In this document: positions 48,913 to 62,397 of the stretch, piece by piece
Numbering within the stretch: position 1 is the first letter of the stretch
How the letters are laid out: every line of letters begins with the position of its first letter
DNA from: Podarcis bocagei
Taxonomy: Eukaryota
NCBI GenBank assembly: GCA_964188305.1
Contig: OZ076889.1
Reading direction: 5' to 3' (one strand)
DNA length: 64,000 bases
Program-made: the position numbers and the translations under genes
The notes under the pieces: generated by a model
What the model was told of the DNA's origin: nothing
The model's database searches: none
The model's input: the letters and a program-made list of their open reading frames with translations, nothing else

Positions 48913-50098
48913 GAAGAAGAAGATGCACCACTTGAAAAAGAGAGGTAGTACAGGATGTCATTTTGATGACATCATGTGGATGATGCAAAAAACAACAACA
49001 ACCCTATGCTTCATGGGCAGCACCTATCTTACAGTGAACCTCCTTCTGGAAGTCCTTTGCCCACATCCCAAGAAGAACCTTCAATAGCATGTGTGTCCAT
49101 GGGGGTTGGGAAGCGATCCTTGATAGGATTTTGGGCGTTGCAGTTGTGTCCCCAACTTTTGCCTGTGAAGTGTTGGAAAACGTGAAACTGTGGCCCTGAG
49201 CTTCACTGATAGCCAAATCATTGCTGTGTGTTCATGCCTGGCAATGCTCCATTTATGCATGGTCTACTGCAGCTGATTCTGCTGCACCAAATTCCTTTTC
49301 TGTGGTTGCATAATGTTACCTAGGGAACAGCTTATGGCTGACACATACAGTGATGCCACAAATTAATTTCATAGTTATCAGGATGTAGGGTGATAACAGC
49401 AACATGAACTGCTGTGAAATTACCATTGTTCCCACAGAGTTACAGTGTAATTATATGACTTTGGAGGCAACTTCACAAATAAAAGCATGCCATCCTTGTA
49501 GGTGTTGGGATGTGTTTTGTTTCTCTCCTCTCTCCTCTCTCCCTCTTGCCGTACTTCAGATTTCTCTCCAAATGTAAACAAAAGATTGAAATAAAAAAAA
49601 TTAATGTAGCCATAAAATAATTGTGGAATGAAAATCTGCTCTTCATGATATTTGAATCTGAAAGCATCAAATTAGAAGCTTGAAATTAGCAGAAAATCCA
49701 AGGCACTGCTGTTCTTGGGTTATTTCCAGAGGTAGCATGCTGGCAAGAACAAAAGGCATTCTTACGGTGTCTCCTTGCAGAGAAATATTCAAATAATCAG
49801 AAGAAAAGAGGTTGTGAACAGTTATTATTAAAAGGCGCTCTCATGCTGCTTTCTGTCGTTTTATGAGAGTAGCTTATTGGTTATAGAAGGTTTACCAGAA
49901 ATGCAAAATTGTGGGGTCTACAGAACGACAATGAACATAATGCTCACATCTACTGTTACGATTGTTGTTGTTCATTTAATTCTTACAGTATTTGGTGTGT
50001 GTTTCCTTTCAAAGCTGGAGCAATGTTGACTGCATCAAGATCTGCAGTGATCTGATCAAAGTCTTTTCCAAACTTTCAATACCTGACACTTGTTAGAA

Positions 50099-50210
50099 GG
50101 TTGTATTCAGTGCTAGTCCTACTCAGAGTAGACCCACTGAAATTAATAGACATGACTAAAACTCATTAATTTCAATGGGTCAAGTCAGAATAAGCTTAGT
50201 TGGATACAAC
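50099..50210. mobile_element. Short palindromic MITE-like repeat
   Basis: GGTTGTATTCA...TGGATACAACC ends and an internal TGAAATTAAT/ATTAATTTCA inverted repeat; a relative lies at ~20990-21095. Confidence 0.6.
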
Positions 50211-51539
50211 CCTATATGTTTAAACACCCTCCGCAATATATGATCTTCCCCCACCATCAGACCTTCAAACCAGCACAATAACACTTTGAAACAAGCAATT
50301 GAACACCATCTGAACCTTAGCTTTCCCTGTGGGACATGGTTCTGGTGTAGCTCATACCTACCCAACATATTCTAACCCATGATTTCCTCATTGGCTGAAG
50401 AAGACCTACACCATTATCCGGCCAGCTTTGGAGTGTTGTTCCAAAACATAATCCACAGTCATTCAGTTTGCTTTTGGCAGGGCAATGCCCTTTGACAGTT
50501 GCCTGAGTGAAACGTGTGTGTGAGAGAGATGAAATAGGTGCATTTCCTTAGAAAATTGGGCTAGCACCCTTTTTGCAGCTGGGGAATAACTGCTTAATAA
50601 TGCCTCCTGACATTCCTCCCACTGCTTTGTCCAGTGCTGTGATCCTAGCAGGGCTCAATAATGGGTTGGGGCTTTCTGGGCAATAGCAATGCTTCTTCGG
50701 CATTCCAATCTCTAATTCTCTAGCTTGCATTGAAAGATCCTGATGTCCTTTATTCCTTCCTTTAGGATTATGCTAATGCTTGTATTTTGTCACTGCTGCC
50801 TGGAGTATTCCGCCCTGAGGAGCAGGGGCAGGTTTGTAGATGTATCCAATAAGATGGCTTCCTTTTTTTCAAAGCAGACCAGGTCTTCTTATGACCCACT
50901 AGGGGCCCCTAGCAGTGATGCTTTGCCACACGGCTTTGACCTTTTCCCCATCTTAGTTTTAGTAACGTGGACCATTCCATGGTATCCTGCTGTGCTACCT
51001 TTCATGTAGAAATGTTTCATCGGTCCAGGTTTCTGTTCACTGCTGCAATGTGAGCATCTTACGGTGGGTTTTCTCTGTAGATTTCACATAATCCACTGAG
51101 GATTGCTTTGGATCATGCAGGAAGTGGCATTAACAGGATGTGTGTGAGAGTGAGTCGTGCTTCTTCTGCACTTCTGCTGTGAACTTCTGTTACATTGATT
51201 AAAGTTTTATTTTCCCATTCGGCAATATTCTAAGAGCAGGTGACGGCAAATACCTTAATAATATGGTAAAAGAGTTGAACAAGCAAGCAAGGGAGACAGG
51301 TAAAATGCAAAAGGGCAAGTTACAAGAATGTTAATTGATTATTTTTAAAGGCCTGAGGGGAATGAAAAAATGGCTGGCACCAAATTGATCACAAATTCGG
51401 CACCAGATAGCTTCCCTGTGACAATTATTCCCAAAACAGGTTGCTCCTTAATCACTATTTCTTGTTTTGGAAGGCATAAGCACTTGACGGGGGGGGGGCA
51501 TATGAAAAGGAAGCCCTTAAGGTAGCCGTATGCCAAGCC

Positions 51540-51865
51540 ATGTATCTCCCCCCCCCCACTATTCCAATGCCTAACCACCAAACCTTACAAAGTTGTGATG
51601 ATTGCTACAAGGTAGGCAAAAACCGAGTGGCTGGTGCCAATTTGCCAAGTGGAAAAAGTCCTACCAGGCCCCTCAATGGCAACCAACTGAAGTCCATAGC
51701 AAGGCCAATGACAAAACCTGAAGAAAGGGTGGGAGGGCTGGAGGTCCGCAGCGCGAGGCTGAAAGGGAAGCCTCAGAGTCACGCTGCAGCTTAAATCGGC
51801 CCTGGCCACACCCACGAAGCAACCTGATTGGCTGCCTGGCTACGTGGCGTGGCCAGGGGGTCTCC
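51540..51865 (-). repeat. Unclassified interspersed repeat, possibly a DIRS/Ngaro terminal repeat; related to ~45350-45460
   Basis: Shares CCAATGCCTAACC...CCTTACAA..TAGGCAAAAACC...CCTACCAGGCCCCT with ~45355-45465; CCAAT and TATA-like motifs on the - strand. Confidence 0.5.
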
Positions 51866-52311
51866 TGTCAGGAGTTCAGCCTACACTCAAGTAGGACCCT
51901 GGCAGAGACACATGCCCGACTGGCATGTTCTCTCCCTCCTGGTCAATCGTTCGGGAGCTTCCAAAGTTTTCTTCAGCCCAAACATCACAGCGACTGATGC
52001 CAACCGACACCGGCACACTTAGGGATCCGCAGAGTTTGCACAGTTGCGTAACAGACCTCAGCAACTCAGCATTTTGGCTAATCTACTTTATTTACATATA
52101 AACACACACGGAGCACTGCAACATGGCTCCCTCTCTCTCTAGCATCAGACAACAAAGAGAAAAAGAACAAAGGACAATAGTCCCACTTCACGGAACACAG
52201 TAACACAAAGATCCTATCTCCGTCACTTCCCACTCTGTGGAGTCGAAACATATACTGTCATGTGATAGACAACAATCCCATGACTGCAATCATGGAGCAG
52301 GAATTCTAACA
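51866..52311 (-). mobile_element. Solo LTR (Gypsy/ERV-like)
   Basis: TG...CA ends with imperfect inverted termini (TGTTAGAATTC / TGTCAGGAGTTC); AATAAA on the - strand at ~52087-52092. Confidence 0.7.
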
Positions 52312-53948
52312 GCCTCAGAGTTGCGCTGCAGCTTATATCAGCCCTGGCCATGCCCCTGAAGTGACCTGATTGACTGCCTGGCTACATGGCGTGGCCGGGG
52401 TCTCCTCCGCCCCCGCATGGAGGGGAGTGGCCAGGAGGCCCGACCGCAACCCGTCCCCATAAAAAAGTGGAGCTGATTAAGGTAACTGTATCCCAAGCCA
52501 TGTGGAGTCTACGAAGTAAGCACCTGCTCTGCAGTGCACAAGTATCTTCTCTGAGGGACAATGCATGAGCTTTCCCCATATTTAGAGCACATGCATCTCC
52601 CTGCAGGAGAGATGTTCAGCTTCTCTATTTGTGCACCACTGTGCAATTGCAAAAAGAGGATGGTTTCCTTTGCCAGCATTTGTACTCAAGGGTACTTTAA
52701 GTGATGGAGGCATCACAGGACTGTGGGCACCAGTTCGTAGCCTACAAACGTGGCTTCCTAGTGAGTACACTTCCATATTCATATGCCAGCCAGAAGGACT
52801 AAATATAATCCCTGACCATAAAGTTGGAAGCTCTAATAAGTGGTTTTGTTTTGTTTTGTTTTGTTTTGTTGCAACCCTTCTTTTAAAGAAGGGGGGGCCC
52901 TTTTTTTTGGAAACAGGTTGTTTTTTTATCTGATAGATAGAAATAAATGAATGTGAAAGTGTGGCTGTTTTCCAATATCACTGGTTAAACAACAGGGGTG
53001 CTGGTGGATTTAGCCAACTTGCCAACAGGAAATGTAGGAGGCAGACACAAATATCATCTCAAAACTGGCTAGGAAAAAAATCCTTTTGCTATGGAAATAC
53101 AGACTCCGCTTTCAAAAGTTTATGAACACCTGTTCTCAAAGGACAAATCCGGTTTGTTTTCTCTCCAAAATGAATAAATTGTAAAAATCCTTGTATGTTT
53201 GAGGTCACTGCTTAAAGTGAAGGGGAAAAAAATGGGGAAAAAGAGTAAATGGACACACCACCCTAAAAAACAGAGAAAAAGAGGGGGAGGGGACAGGAAA
53301 AAATAAAATGGCATTGTTACACACACTATTCCAACTTACCACCCTGCCTGCCTCCTATAATACAATTTCTCCAGATCAAATGTCAAAAAGGAAAGTGCAA
53401 AATTGGTATTATGTCTCCTTTTATTTATTATTTCACATGCATCTCTTTTTATTGAAGTTGCTTGCTTTTCAACCTTGAGTATTTCCAATATAAACAAGAA
53501 ATTATCATGAGAAGTATTTGAGGAAGATCATCCCTGGACTGTTCACAAAACTCAAACTGTAGTTCATGATTTTATTTGATTATGCATTTTAAGGGATTTG
53601 CACTGGCCTCAAAGTTCACCTGACTGCTGATTAGATGCTTCAGAAAACCGTCTGCCTCAGTCCAAGGGGCTGTGAAGGCTCCCCATTTCAACTCAATGCC
53701 TTCTTGTTTCCTCCTCCATCCACTCTCCAAAAATAAAAAAAATGGCTGTAATTTCCCCTCTTTTGACAGAAGTTTGTGAAAATTGCAGGCAAATTGGTCC
53801 ATCCAGAGTGGCTCCAGGGTCTTTTCTTTCAAAGTCTTTAGAAAAGGGGGGGGGGAGTTTTAACACTTTATTTTTATGCATAATTTTATGCAATCTGTGG
53901 TCAAGGTCACCCTTCTGGTGGCATGAATCTTTTCAGTTTCAGAAGGAT

Positions 53949-54203
53949 GTTGCTGTTGTTGTTTAGTCGTTTAGTGGTATCCGACTCTTTGTGACCCCAT
54001 GGACCAGAGCACGCCAGGCACTCTTGTCTTCCACTGCCTCCCACAGTTTGGTCAAACTCATGCTGGTAGCTTCGAGAACACTGTCCAACCATCTTGTCCT
54101 CTGTCGTCCCCTTCTCCTTGTGCCCTCAATCTTTCCCAACATCAGGGTCTTTTCCAGGGAGTCTTGTCTTCTCATGAAGTGGCCAAAGTATTGGAGCCTC
54201 AGC
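53949..54203 (-). mobile_element. Bov-B (RTE) LINE 3' end
   Basis: LQYFGH.MRR.DSLEKTLMLGKIEG.RRRGRQR.RWLD...AWRA.VHGVTKSR; (CAA)n tail; TSD TTCAGAAGGAT at 53938-53948 and 54204-54214. Confidence 0.92.
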
Positions 54204-56800
54204 TTCAGAAGGATAGCTGTCATAGTTTTACTGCATTATACTTTTGAGGAGAATACAAAAATGATTAACTTAATTTCCCCATATGTTTTGTCGGCAATTG
54301 ACCTGAAAGTTGTAGACATGAGAGAGGTACTTCGGGGTAAGAAATCTGTCAAATTGCAGACAAATAGGTCCCAGGGCTGTTGTGTTAGGCACATTTAAAA
54401 TTGATAGAGAAAACTAAACTTGTCTTGCTTTCCAGGTAAATTCTAAAATGCTTACAAGTTTATAAACTTGACCTGTCAGTCTCAGTGGACCTCTCCCTCT
54501 CTCCCCACTCAGGTGCTTTCCCTGCCTTCCCAGATTATAAAAAGTCTGGCCACCAAACAAACTGTAAATACTAAATTTTACACAATATGTAATTACTGTA
54601 TTTACAAAAAAAGTTTCCAATGACATAACCATTCTAGACATAATGATACAATTCGATATATCTTTAAAAGCACAAGTAAATGCAGCTTGACAGCCTGATT
54701 CAAATTATCAGACATTTGTCAAGCAATAAGATAAAATGGCTTCTAAACCCAGCGACGTGATTCAATATATATTGAGAGGCAGAACAACAAATAACTTAAT
54801 GTCTTGCTACAAATAAACAGCACCTTTAGTTGCCAAACGCATTGTAGTCTTATGTCTGCAGCGTTATTTTGATGTCTGGATACTTGAAGTGCTTCCGAGG
54901 TTCCTGCTTTGACCTGTGCCACCTCATACAGATCTGACTTGGTCTCGTGACAAGCCCTTTCTCTAGACTGTGGGTCTTCCATTTGCAGTGTCACCTGTGG
55001 AAGATGTGGCATGGCATTTGTTAGGGTCTCTGGTGCTTCTGGTGTTGGTAGGGACAGGCAGTAGATTCTGGCCACTACCATTGGCAATGGTATGTGGCTG
55101 CCAATCATCCAGACCTGGAAGGTGCTGTACTGCAAGGACTCTGCAAGACCAGAACAAGACAGAGAGAAGCAAGGGGTATTGCAGATATTAATACTGCATA
55201 GTCTGAAGAGACTGGATGCAAGAAAACTGAGTCCTTTTGGAAAAAATGATTCCCCAGACCCATGAAAATATTATTCAAACATTTACTTGCAGAACTCTTC
55301 AAAACGAAACAGAGTCATCAAATGATACATCCAAAAATGTCCATACAATATCTTCTGCTGTCCAGCACAGGTTCAGCAAATAATCCAAAAAGCATCCATT
55401 TTGCATGGATCCTCTTTCCCAGAGAGTTTCATTTACCTTTTTCATGGAGAACAAAGACTGAGAGGCAACTCCCTTCAGAATGGAGAGTTGCAACCAAATA
55501 TCCTTGTCACCTGATATATGTGTTACGTAGCAGAAAACAACAATTATTTAATTTTCAACTCGACAAGTGTTCAGAGTCAACTAAGAAAACTACTGTGGAA
55601 AACCCCAATGTTAGCAATACACATTTAGCCATTTTCCATTTCAGTGTCAACTAAACCAATTATACTTAACAGGGAATGTGGCCAACTCGCAGTGCAGGGA
55701 CAACTGGGGTTGGCTGTGGAAGGAAGAGATGGAAGAAAGGAAGGGAACCAAAGCAGGGGAGAATACCTAGCTGGAGAAAGGGGGGAAGATGAAGAATCAA
55801 GATCTCAGGAAAGAATAGGAGGGCCCAAAAGAACAGGTTGGAGAGGTTGTCCAAAAGAACAGAGTGACACAGCCTGAGGTGAGTTGGGTGTGGGAGAGAG
55901 CTAGTGAGGCTGGGGACAAGAGGGGAAATGAGTGCATTGATGGTTAAATGCTGAGAAGTTTATTTGGGGGCAGAATCTGCAGGGGCAAAGGAAACCATTG
56001 CAACTGTGTCAGGTTGAGTATTGTGGGCCTTCAAAATGACTTAATTTTACAATCTCAGTGATGGCTTCCACCCTATGGAATTCCTTCCCAAAGGATATGC
56101 AGGTGGCTGCTTCAGTTCAGGTTTTTAAGAAAAGTTCTTAAAACTCAATCTGTTTTCTGTGGCTTTTAATCAAATGGTTTTATTGTGTAGGTTGCTGTTT
56201 TTTGGGGCGGAGTTTTTTGTGTGCGTGCTTACTGAATTTTATTGTATTGAGCACATTTAAACTGGCCGTTTTGTTGTGATTTATTGTGAATGGTATGTTT
56301 TATTGCGAAATGAATGGTATGTTTCAGCGCTTGTTTTTAATTAAATCGTGTATTTACAACTTAATTTGAGGAGGCTGTGCCCTTAAAAGACAGCTTAGAA
56401 ACATCTAAAACTTATAAATAAATACATCTGATTGAAGTCATGGCAATTTTTGGAATCTGCTTGATTGTTGAAAGTCCCCCCCCCCCAAAAAAAAAAATGC
56501 AGGTTGAGATGTCTTTAAAAGAGGATTAGACAAATTCATGGAGATTAAAACCATGAATGTCTACTAGCCATGCTGCTGTGCTCTAGCTTCCCTGTCAGAG
56601 GCAGTAGATCATTGAATACTAGTTGCTGGAAATCATAAATGGGGAGAGCACTTTGGTCTCATCCAACATGGTTTATCTTACGTAGCCTGGAAACATTATT
56701 ACAGCACCCAATATCATCACCATTTCAAGGTCCTGTCTCTTTTTCATGTTTTTCTTATAGCGGAATCTCCCAACATTTTGCGACTGCCTATGTTCCCCCT

Positions 56801-57074
56801 GGGATGCAGGTGGCGCTGTGGGTTAAACCACAGAGCCTAGGACTTGCAGTTCGAAAGCACGTCAAAGTGCAAGTAGATAAATAGGTACCGCTCCGGCAGG
56901 AGGCTAAACAACGTTTCCGTGCGCTGCTCTGGTTCGCCAGAAGCGGCTTAGTCATGCTTGCCACATGACCCGGAAGCTGTACGCCGGGTCCCTCGGCCAA
57001 TAAAGCGAGATGAGCGCCGCAACCCCAGAGTCGGTCACGACTTGACCTAATGGTCAGGGATCCCTTTATCTTTC
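56801..57074 (+). mobile_element. Sauria SINE with an internal deletion
   Basis: Same family; lacks the segment between GGACTTGC and AGTTCGAAAGC; TSD TGTTCCCC. Confidence 0.88.
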
Positions 57075-58248
57075 TGTTCCCCCTGCAGAAGCTGTTATGG
57101 GATTGGCCACACCTCCACAGGTATTTTCCAGGTGTGCCCACAGTACTTTTGCAATGTTCTTCTTCAACTTTGGCTGTTCAATATCCTACAGTATTTTAAA
57201 CATATCTGTGGGAAGAGGGGAGGGGTTTTGTTGTTCTGGTTTGAATATTTACTAGTGTTTTATTCTGTATTTTATTTTGTGAACCGTCCTAGGATACCTT
57301 GATAAAGGGCAGTATACAAATTTAATAAATAATAAAACTAAAATAATAGCGTTCCAAATGTTATACAAACTGAAAAGGAATTCCTGGGCTAGTCTATGCA
57401 AAATGACCTGTCCATGCTATCAGTAGGATTACTCATGTGTTCAGATGCTCTGCTGAACTGAGGCCCTAGCACTTTGCCTTTAAAAAAACGGTGGCCTTCC
57501 CAAGGTTTTCTTGGCTGCCAAAGGAATTGGTCTACTGCTGGTAGAGAAGGGAATTCATTCAACATTTGTTTCCTGCATGCCGTCTACAGTTTAGCGCTCC
57601 TGCCACATGGCTGGTGGGCTGACCCTGAAAGAGCTCATCTGCTGAGAGCACTCTAGGGATCCCTTCTAAGTTCCATCCCGAGACCACCTGCTAAGACCAC
57701 TAATGGTGCTTTCACACCGAGAATAGTCCTGATCTTGTGTGAGTACATTTCTACGAGGAATAGGATTAATAATTAATGCATGTTCCTTCGTGTAAAATAG
57801 GATAATCTCTGACAGATGGCGGTTTTTAACAAGAGCACTACAGCAATTCAGATCAGACTAAGCATGTTTTATATCTGTGTCCCCCCCCCCCTCTCTCTCA
57901 CACACAAAATTTAAAAAGACACTTCCATGGCTGGGAGAGAAATTCGGTATTTTCCATCCTAACCATGGTCATAGGTTATTCAAGACTCTGTGTTTTCAGA
58001 GATAATATATATATGCAATTTATTATTATGGATTGAAGTGGACATTTCAGTTTGGGCTTGCCGAGGTCATAATCTGGAGAATTTTTTTTGGGGGGGGGAG
58101 ATGACCTCCCCCAAAGAACCTCCAATCCAAATTCTATAACCAAGAGACATGCATTTCAATGGCTAATTGGACCTTACACACTCAGAATTGAAAAGATGAT
58201 ACCTTGAGATGGGGTTGTGTGAAATTTTATGCTTTGCCAAATATTGTA

Positions 58249-58498
58249 CAGTCGCACCTTGGTTTTCAAACAGCTTAGTTCTCGAACGTTTTGGCTCCCG
58301 AACACCACAAACCTGCAAGCGAGTGTTCCGGTTTGCGAACTATTTTTGGAAGCCAAACGTCCGGCAGGGCTTCCATGGCTTCCGATTGGCTTCAGGAGCT
58401 TCCTGCAGCCAATCAGAAGCCACACTTTGGCTTGCGAACATTTTGGAAGTTGAATGGACTTCTGGGAGAGTTTCCATTTGACTTCTGAGGTACAACTG
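58249..58498. mobile_element. Tc1/mariner MITE
   Basis: TA|CAGTCGCACCT...AGGTACAACTG|TA. Confidence 0.8.
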
Positions 58499-59076
58499 TA
58501 TTTAGAAAGCCAGAATTCTGTAATCTGCATGAATGGAATAGATGTGCATAATTTGTGGTAACAAGGAAGAAGCAGTTTTGGCCATTAAAACACACCCCAA
58601 GCACTGGAAATATTACTTTGCTACTTATGAAATTTGAGCAAGTGTTCCTTCTCATCCAGGAGAGCTAGAAATTTACTTAAATGAGAGCTGAGATGCTCAG
58701 GAAGCCAAATATCTTTTGGGCACTGAGCCCTGGAAGACCTGATCCCTGCCTTTCAGGCCTTTCCCCACCTGGCCTGGGAGGGCGGGGCCCTGACTGACTC
58801 CAGCTACAAAAGCTGAGGCTGCTGAACAAACTTTCAGGCAAGGTGTTGTTTGGGGTTTTTTGTTGTTGGGGGATTTGTTGCTGTTGTTGTTTATTGAATC
58901 TGTATTTTAGATCTTGTGATTTAAGTGGAAATTAGTCAGTTTGGTTGTGTATTTTTGGATGTTTTATTTATTTTTTATGACTACTTTTGTTACGTTACGG
59001 TTATGTATGTTTCTCATGTTGTCAGCTGCCTTGAGCATTGTTTGAACTGTGGAAAGGCAGCATACAAATAAAATTA

Positions 59077-59333
59077 CCGTATTTTTTGCTCTATAAGACT
59101 CACTTTTCCCTCCTAAAAAGTAAGGAGAAATTTGTATGCGTCTTATGCAGCGAATGCAGGCTGCGCAGCTATCCCAGAAGCCAGAACAGCAAGAGGGATT
59201 GCTGCTTTCATTGCGCAGCGATCCCTCTTGCTGTTCTGGCTTCTGAGATTCAGATTTTTTTTTTCTTGTTTTCCTCCTCCAAAAACTAGGTGCGTCTTGT
59301 GGTCTGGTGCGTCTTACAGAGCGAAAAATACAG
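59077..59333 (-). mobile_element. Tc1/mariner MITE, same family as 28098-28357
   Basis: TA|CCGTATTTTTTGCTCTATAAGAC...GAAAAATACAG|TA. Confidence 0.85.
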
Positions 59334-60484
59334 TATGTAGGCTTTCCTGTGCTGCTTTGGAATGGCAGCAGATACAGCCTGCTCATGAAGCCTATATCGA
59401 TGAAGAATTCCAAGCTGTTCCATCTGTGCATCCTCTTGCTTGACCACCTTACTGACTGCTATCGCTGAACCTGCTTTGAAGTACAGTGTCCTCATGATGT
59501 GTGGCTGTGTCTGAAAGGAGACCTTTCCCTCCCCTTCGTTCTTCTGTTGCTCACACTGTAATTGCAAGTTACTGAGTGCTCCCCCCATTCAGACCTGAAT
59601 CTGTTGCAGGCTCAGGTCTAAGTGCTTGGGGGAATCAGCTGTCCTGCCGTACCAATACTAGCACAATTGTTTCACCATATCCTGTCTTTTAAGTCTGGCA
59701 GAAATAGATAAAGCAGAGCAATTAGCAAAATGGAACAATTTATCTTGTTTTTTTATAAAAAAAATCAATAAGGAAAATTCTATGATAAATGCACCAGAAT
59801 TTAAATATGCTCTTTGAGCAAATCATTTATATGGAAGCCAATACACTAAATAGCTTTTTTTAAAAAAAATTATTGTGTTGAGACATGTTGCCCTAAGATT
59901 TAAAGGGCAAAGTGGGCACCCATCATTGCAGTCAGGTTACGTTGGCCTCTGAAGAAAGGTCATTCATCTCATTCCGGTTGCTCCTGTAGGGATGTATTAA
60001 AAATGCTTGTGAATTTCTGATGTGCTACAACTGCATTGCATATGTAGGTTTTCTTATTCTATATAAAGAACTGTGATAAAGAAGTTCTATTAAATAAAAG
60101 GCGCATGCAGCATTGGGATAGTGTTGATGGATGGGTGTCATTGCTTAAATGAAGGCTTTGAATCACAAATGTATGTGAAAGTAGTTATTTTCTTCCATTT
60201 GTAAAATACCACTCTAAGCATCCCTTCAAAATGAATAATGTACCGCACATCACACCAAAACAATGTCTAAAAGTGCTTCATATCATACTAAATAGAAATA
60301 GATATGTCTGCTGCATACAGTATCTAACTTGTATCCTTGGAAATGTCCATTTTGACCTTTTCCTCTGTTAAAAGTGCTTTTTAATGCTATCTATCTGTTC
60401 AACAGGGGGGAAATATATTATTGAAATTGAGAGTTTTGAATTTTTTTCTCTCCTGTAAGACTACTTGAAAAGAAAGGGTTGTCT

Positions 60485-60615
60485 NNNNNNNNNNNNNNNN
60501 NNNNNNNNNNNNNNNNNNNNNNNNNNNNNNNNNNNNNNNNNNNNNNNNNNNNNNNNNNNNNNNNNNNNNNNNNNNNNNNNNNNNNNNNNNNNNNNNNNNN
60601 NNNNNNNNNNNNNNN
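60485..60615. other. Assembly gap or masked run (131 N)
   Basis: Run of N. Confidence 1.
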
Positions 60616-61610
60616 TAGATGCTGTGCATGTATAGCTACCTAATACATCAAATATCCTGTATTCTTCTTGTTCTTTCCTTTGTTGTGTTCCATTCATTTA
60701 TAATGTATTTATAGTGTAGTGAGCCCAACGGGCCCAATCAATACTGGAGACTCAATGCAGAATATGAAACAAGATGTAACCAAGCGTGTAATAAACAATT
60801 GGCCAGATTGCACAGGCTTTATGGTTAACCCAAAATGCCTTATCCTAGGCCAAAGAGAAAGGCTCAGACCCCAAGCACCAATTTAGGTGAGACTTTGGGC
60901 TGCTCGGGGGGGGGGTATTTATTTATTTACTTACTTCAAAGGAAAAAGAACCAGCAGTTTCCCGTGGCATGTTGCAAACCGATCTCCTCCCTGTCCATTT
61001 TTAAAATGTATACCCCACTAACATGGCTGCATAGACCCTCAAGGCGACTGACATTACAAACAATAAGCGAGTACCATCTGAAGTACAGAAATAAAACATT
61101 TTAAAAACAACAAAGCAGCCGTAGCCCCAAACCATATAAAATATATATGTTATGCATTTTAGATATAGGATAATCCTTTGACTGGCAGATTTCAGAGAAC
61201 GTACAAACCCACTCTGGCTTGCTTGAACAACAAAGACTAACCCTCTGAAGGCCTGCTGAGAAGAGACCAACTCGGCAGAAAGACTTCAACAAGTGCGGAT
61301 GCTGCTGCAGAGACCACTTTGCACATGGTCAGAGAACAGACTGACAATGACAAAGAATACATGTGGAGAAGAGCTCCTAAAAATTACCTCAGTGCTATGA
61401 AGGGGCTCTGTGAGACAAATGGAGCCTAGGCTATTTAGGCTTTGAAAATTAAGATCCCAGAGCTTCATTGCACAGATATTTTGTGTCCCCATTGGTTAAC
61501 TCTGACTAATCATCTGGCTGCTAATTATCTGGCTGATGTCCACTGGACTGTTGTTGTTTTTTTAAAAAAACGTTTTTGTTAAATATTTTCTTGGGTTACA
61601 AAAGTACATA

Positions 61611-61965
61611 AGGTAAAGGTAAAGGGACCCCTGACCATTAGGTCCAGTCGTGACCAACTCTGGGGTTGTGGTGCTCATCTCGCTTTATTGGCCGAGGGAG
61701 CCAGCATACAGCTTCCGGGTCATGTGGCCAGCATGACTAAGCCGCTTCTGGCGAACCAGAGCAGCGCACGGAAATGCCGTTTACCTTCCCGCCGGAGCGG
61801 TACCTATTTATCTACTTGCACTTTGACATGCTTTCGAATTGCTAGGTTGGCAGGAGCTGGGACCAAACAACGGGAGCTCACCCCGTCGCAGGGATTCGAA
61901 CCACCAACCTTCTGACTGGCAAGTCCTAGGCTCTGTGGTTTAACCCACAGCGCCACCCGCATCCC
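61611..61965 (-). mobile_element. Sauria SINE
   Basis: Same family; TSD TACAAAAGTACATA. Confidence 0.92.
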
Positions 61966-62397
61966 ACTACAAAAGTACATACATCTCTATTTTCTGATCA
62001 TAAAGTCCTTTTTACAGATCAGTTTTATTCGATGTGAGACTTTGATGTATGCACTATAAGGCTGGGGGAGAAGAGAGGGGTAGTAAACTTTCATTCTTTT
62101 ATATAGTGTATGTGGAAGGTTTTTGTGTCAGCATCACGTGGGTACATTCTTTTTCTTCATTATTAATTTTCATTGGCATTGAGAGAGGTTGGGGAGGGGG
62201 ACTAGGGCATGGTTGGTTGCCTTCAGTTGACTACAATGAGTTTTGTTTGCATGGGGGGGGTGTTATCGGTCTGTTATCTGTAGGTTCTCGTTATCTTGTT
62301 GGGCTGTGTATGTAATGAAGGGAAGCCATCTGGAAGGCACCTGAAAGGAGTGAACATGGACCACTGATACCAAACTGTATGGGAAACAGTCTTACTA

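Noticed and set aside
60616-60640. tag|ATGCTGTGC as the start of DPYD exon 4
   Set aside because: It translates as C-C-A-C-I rather than C-L-K-C-A-D.
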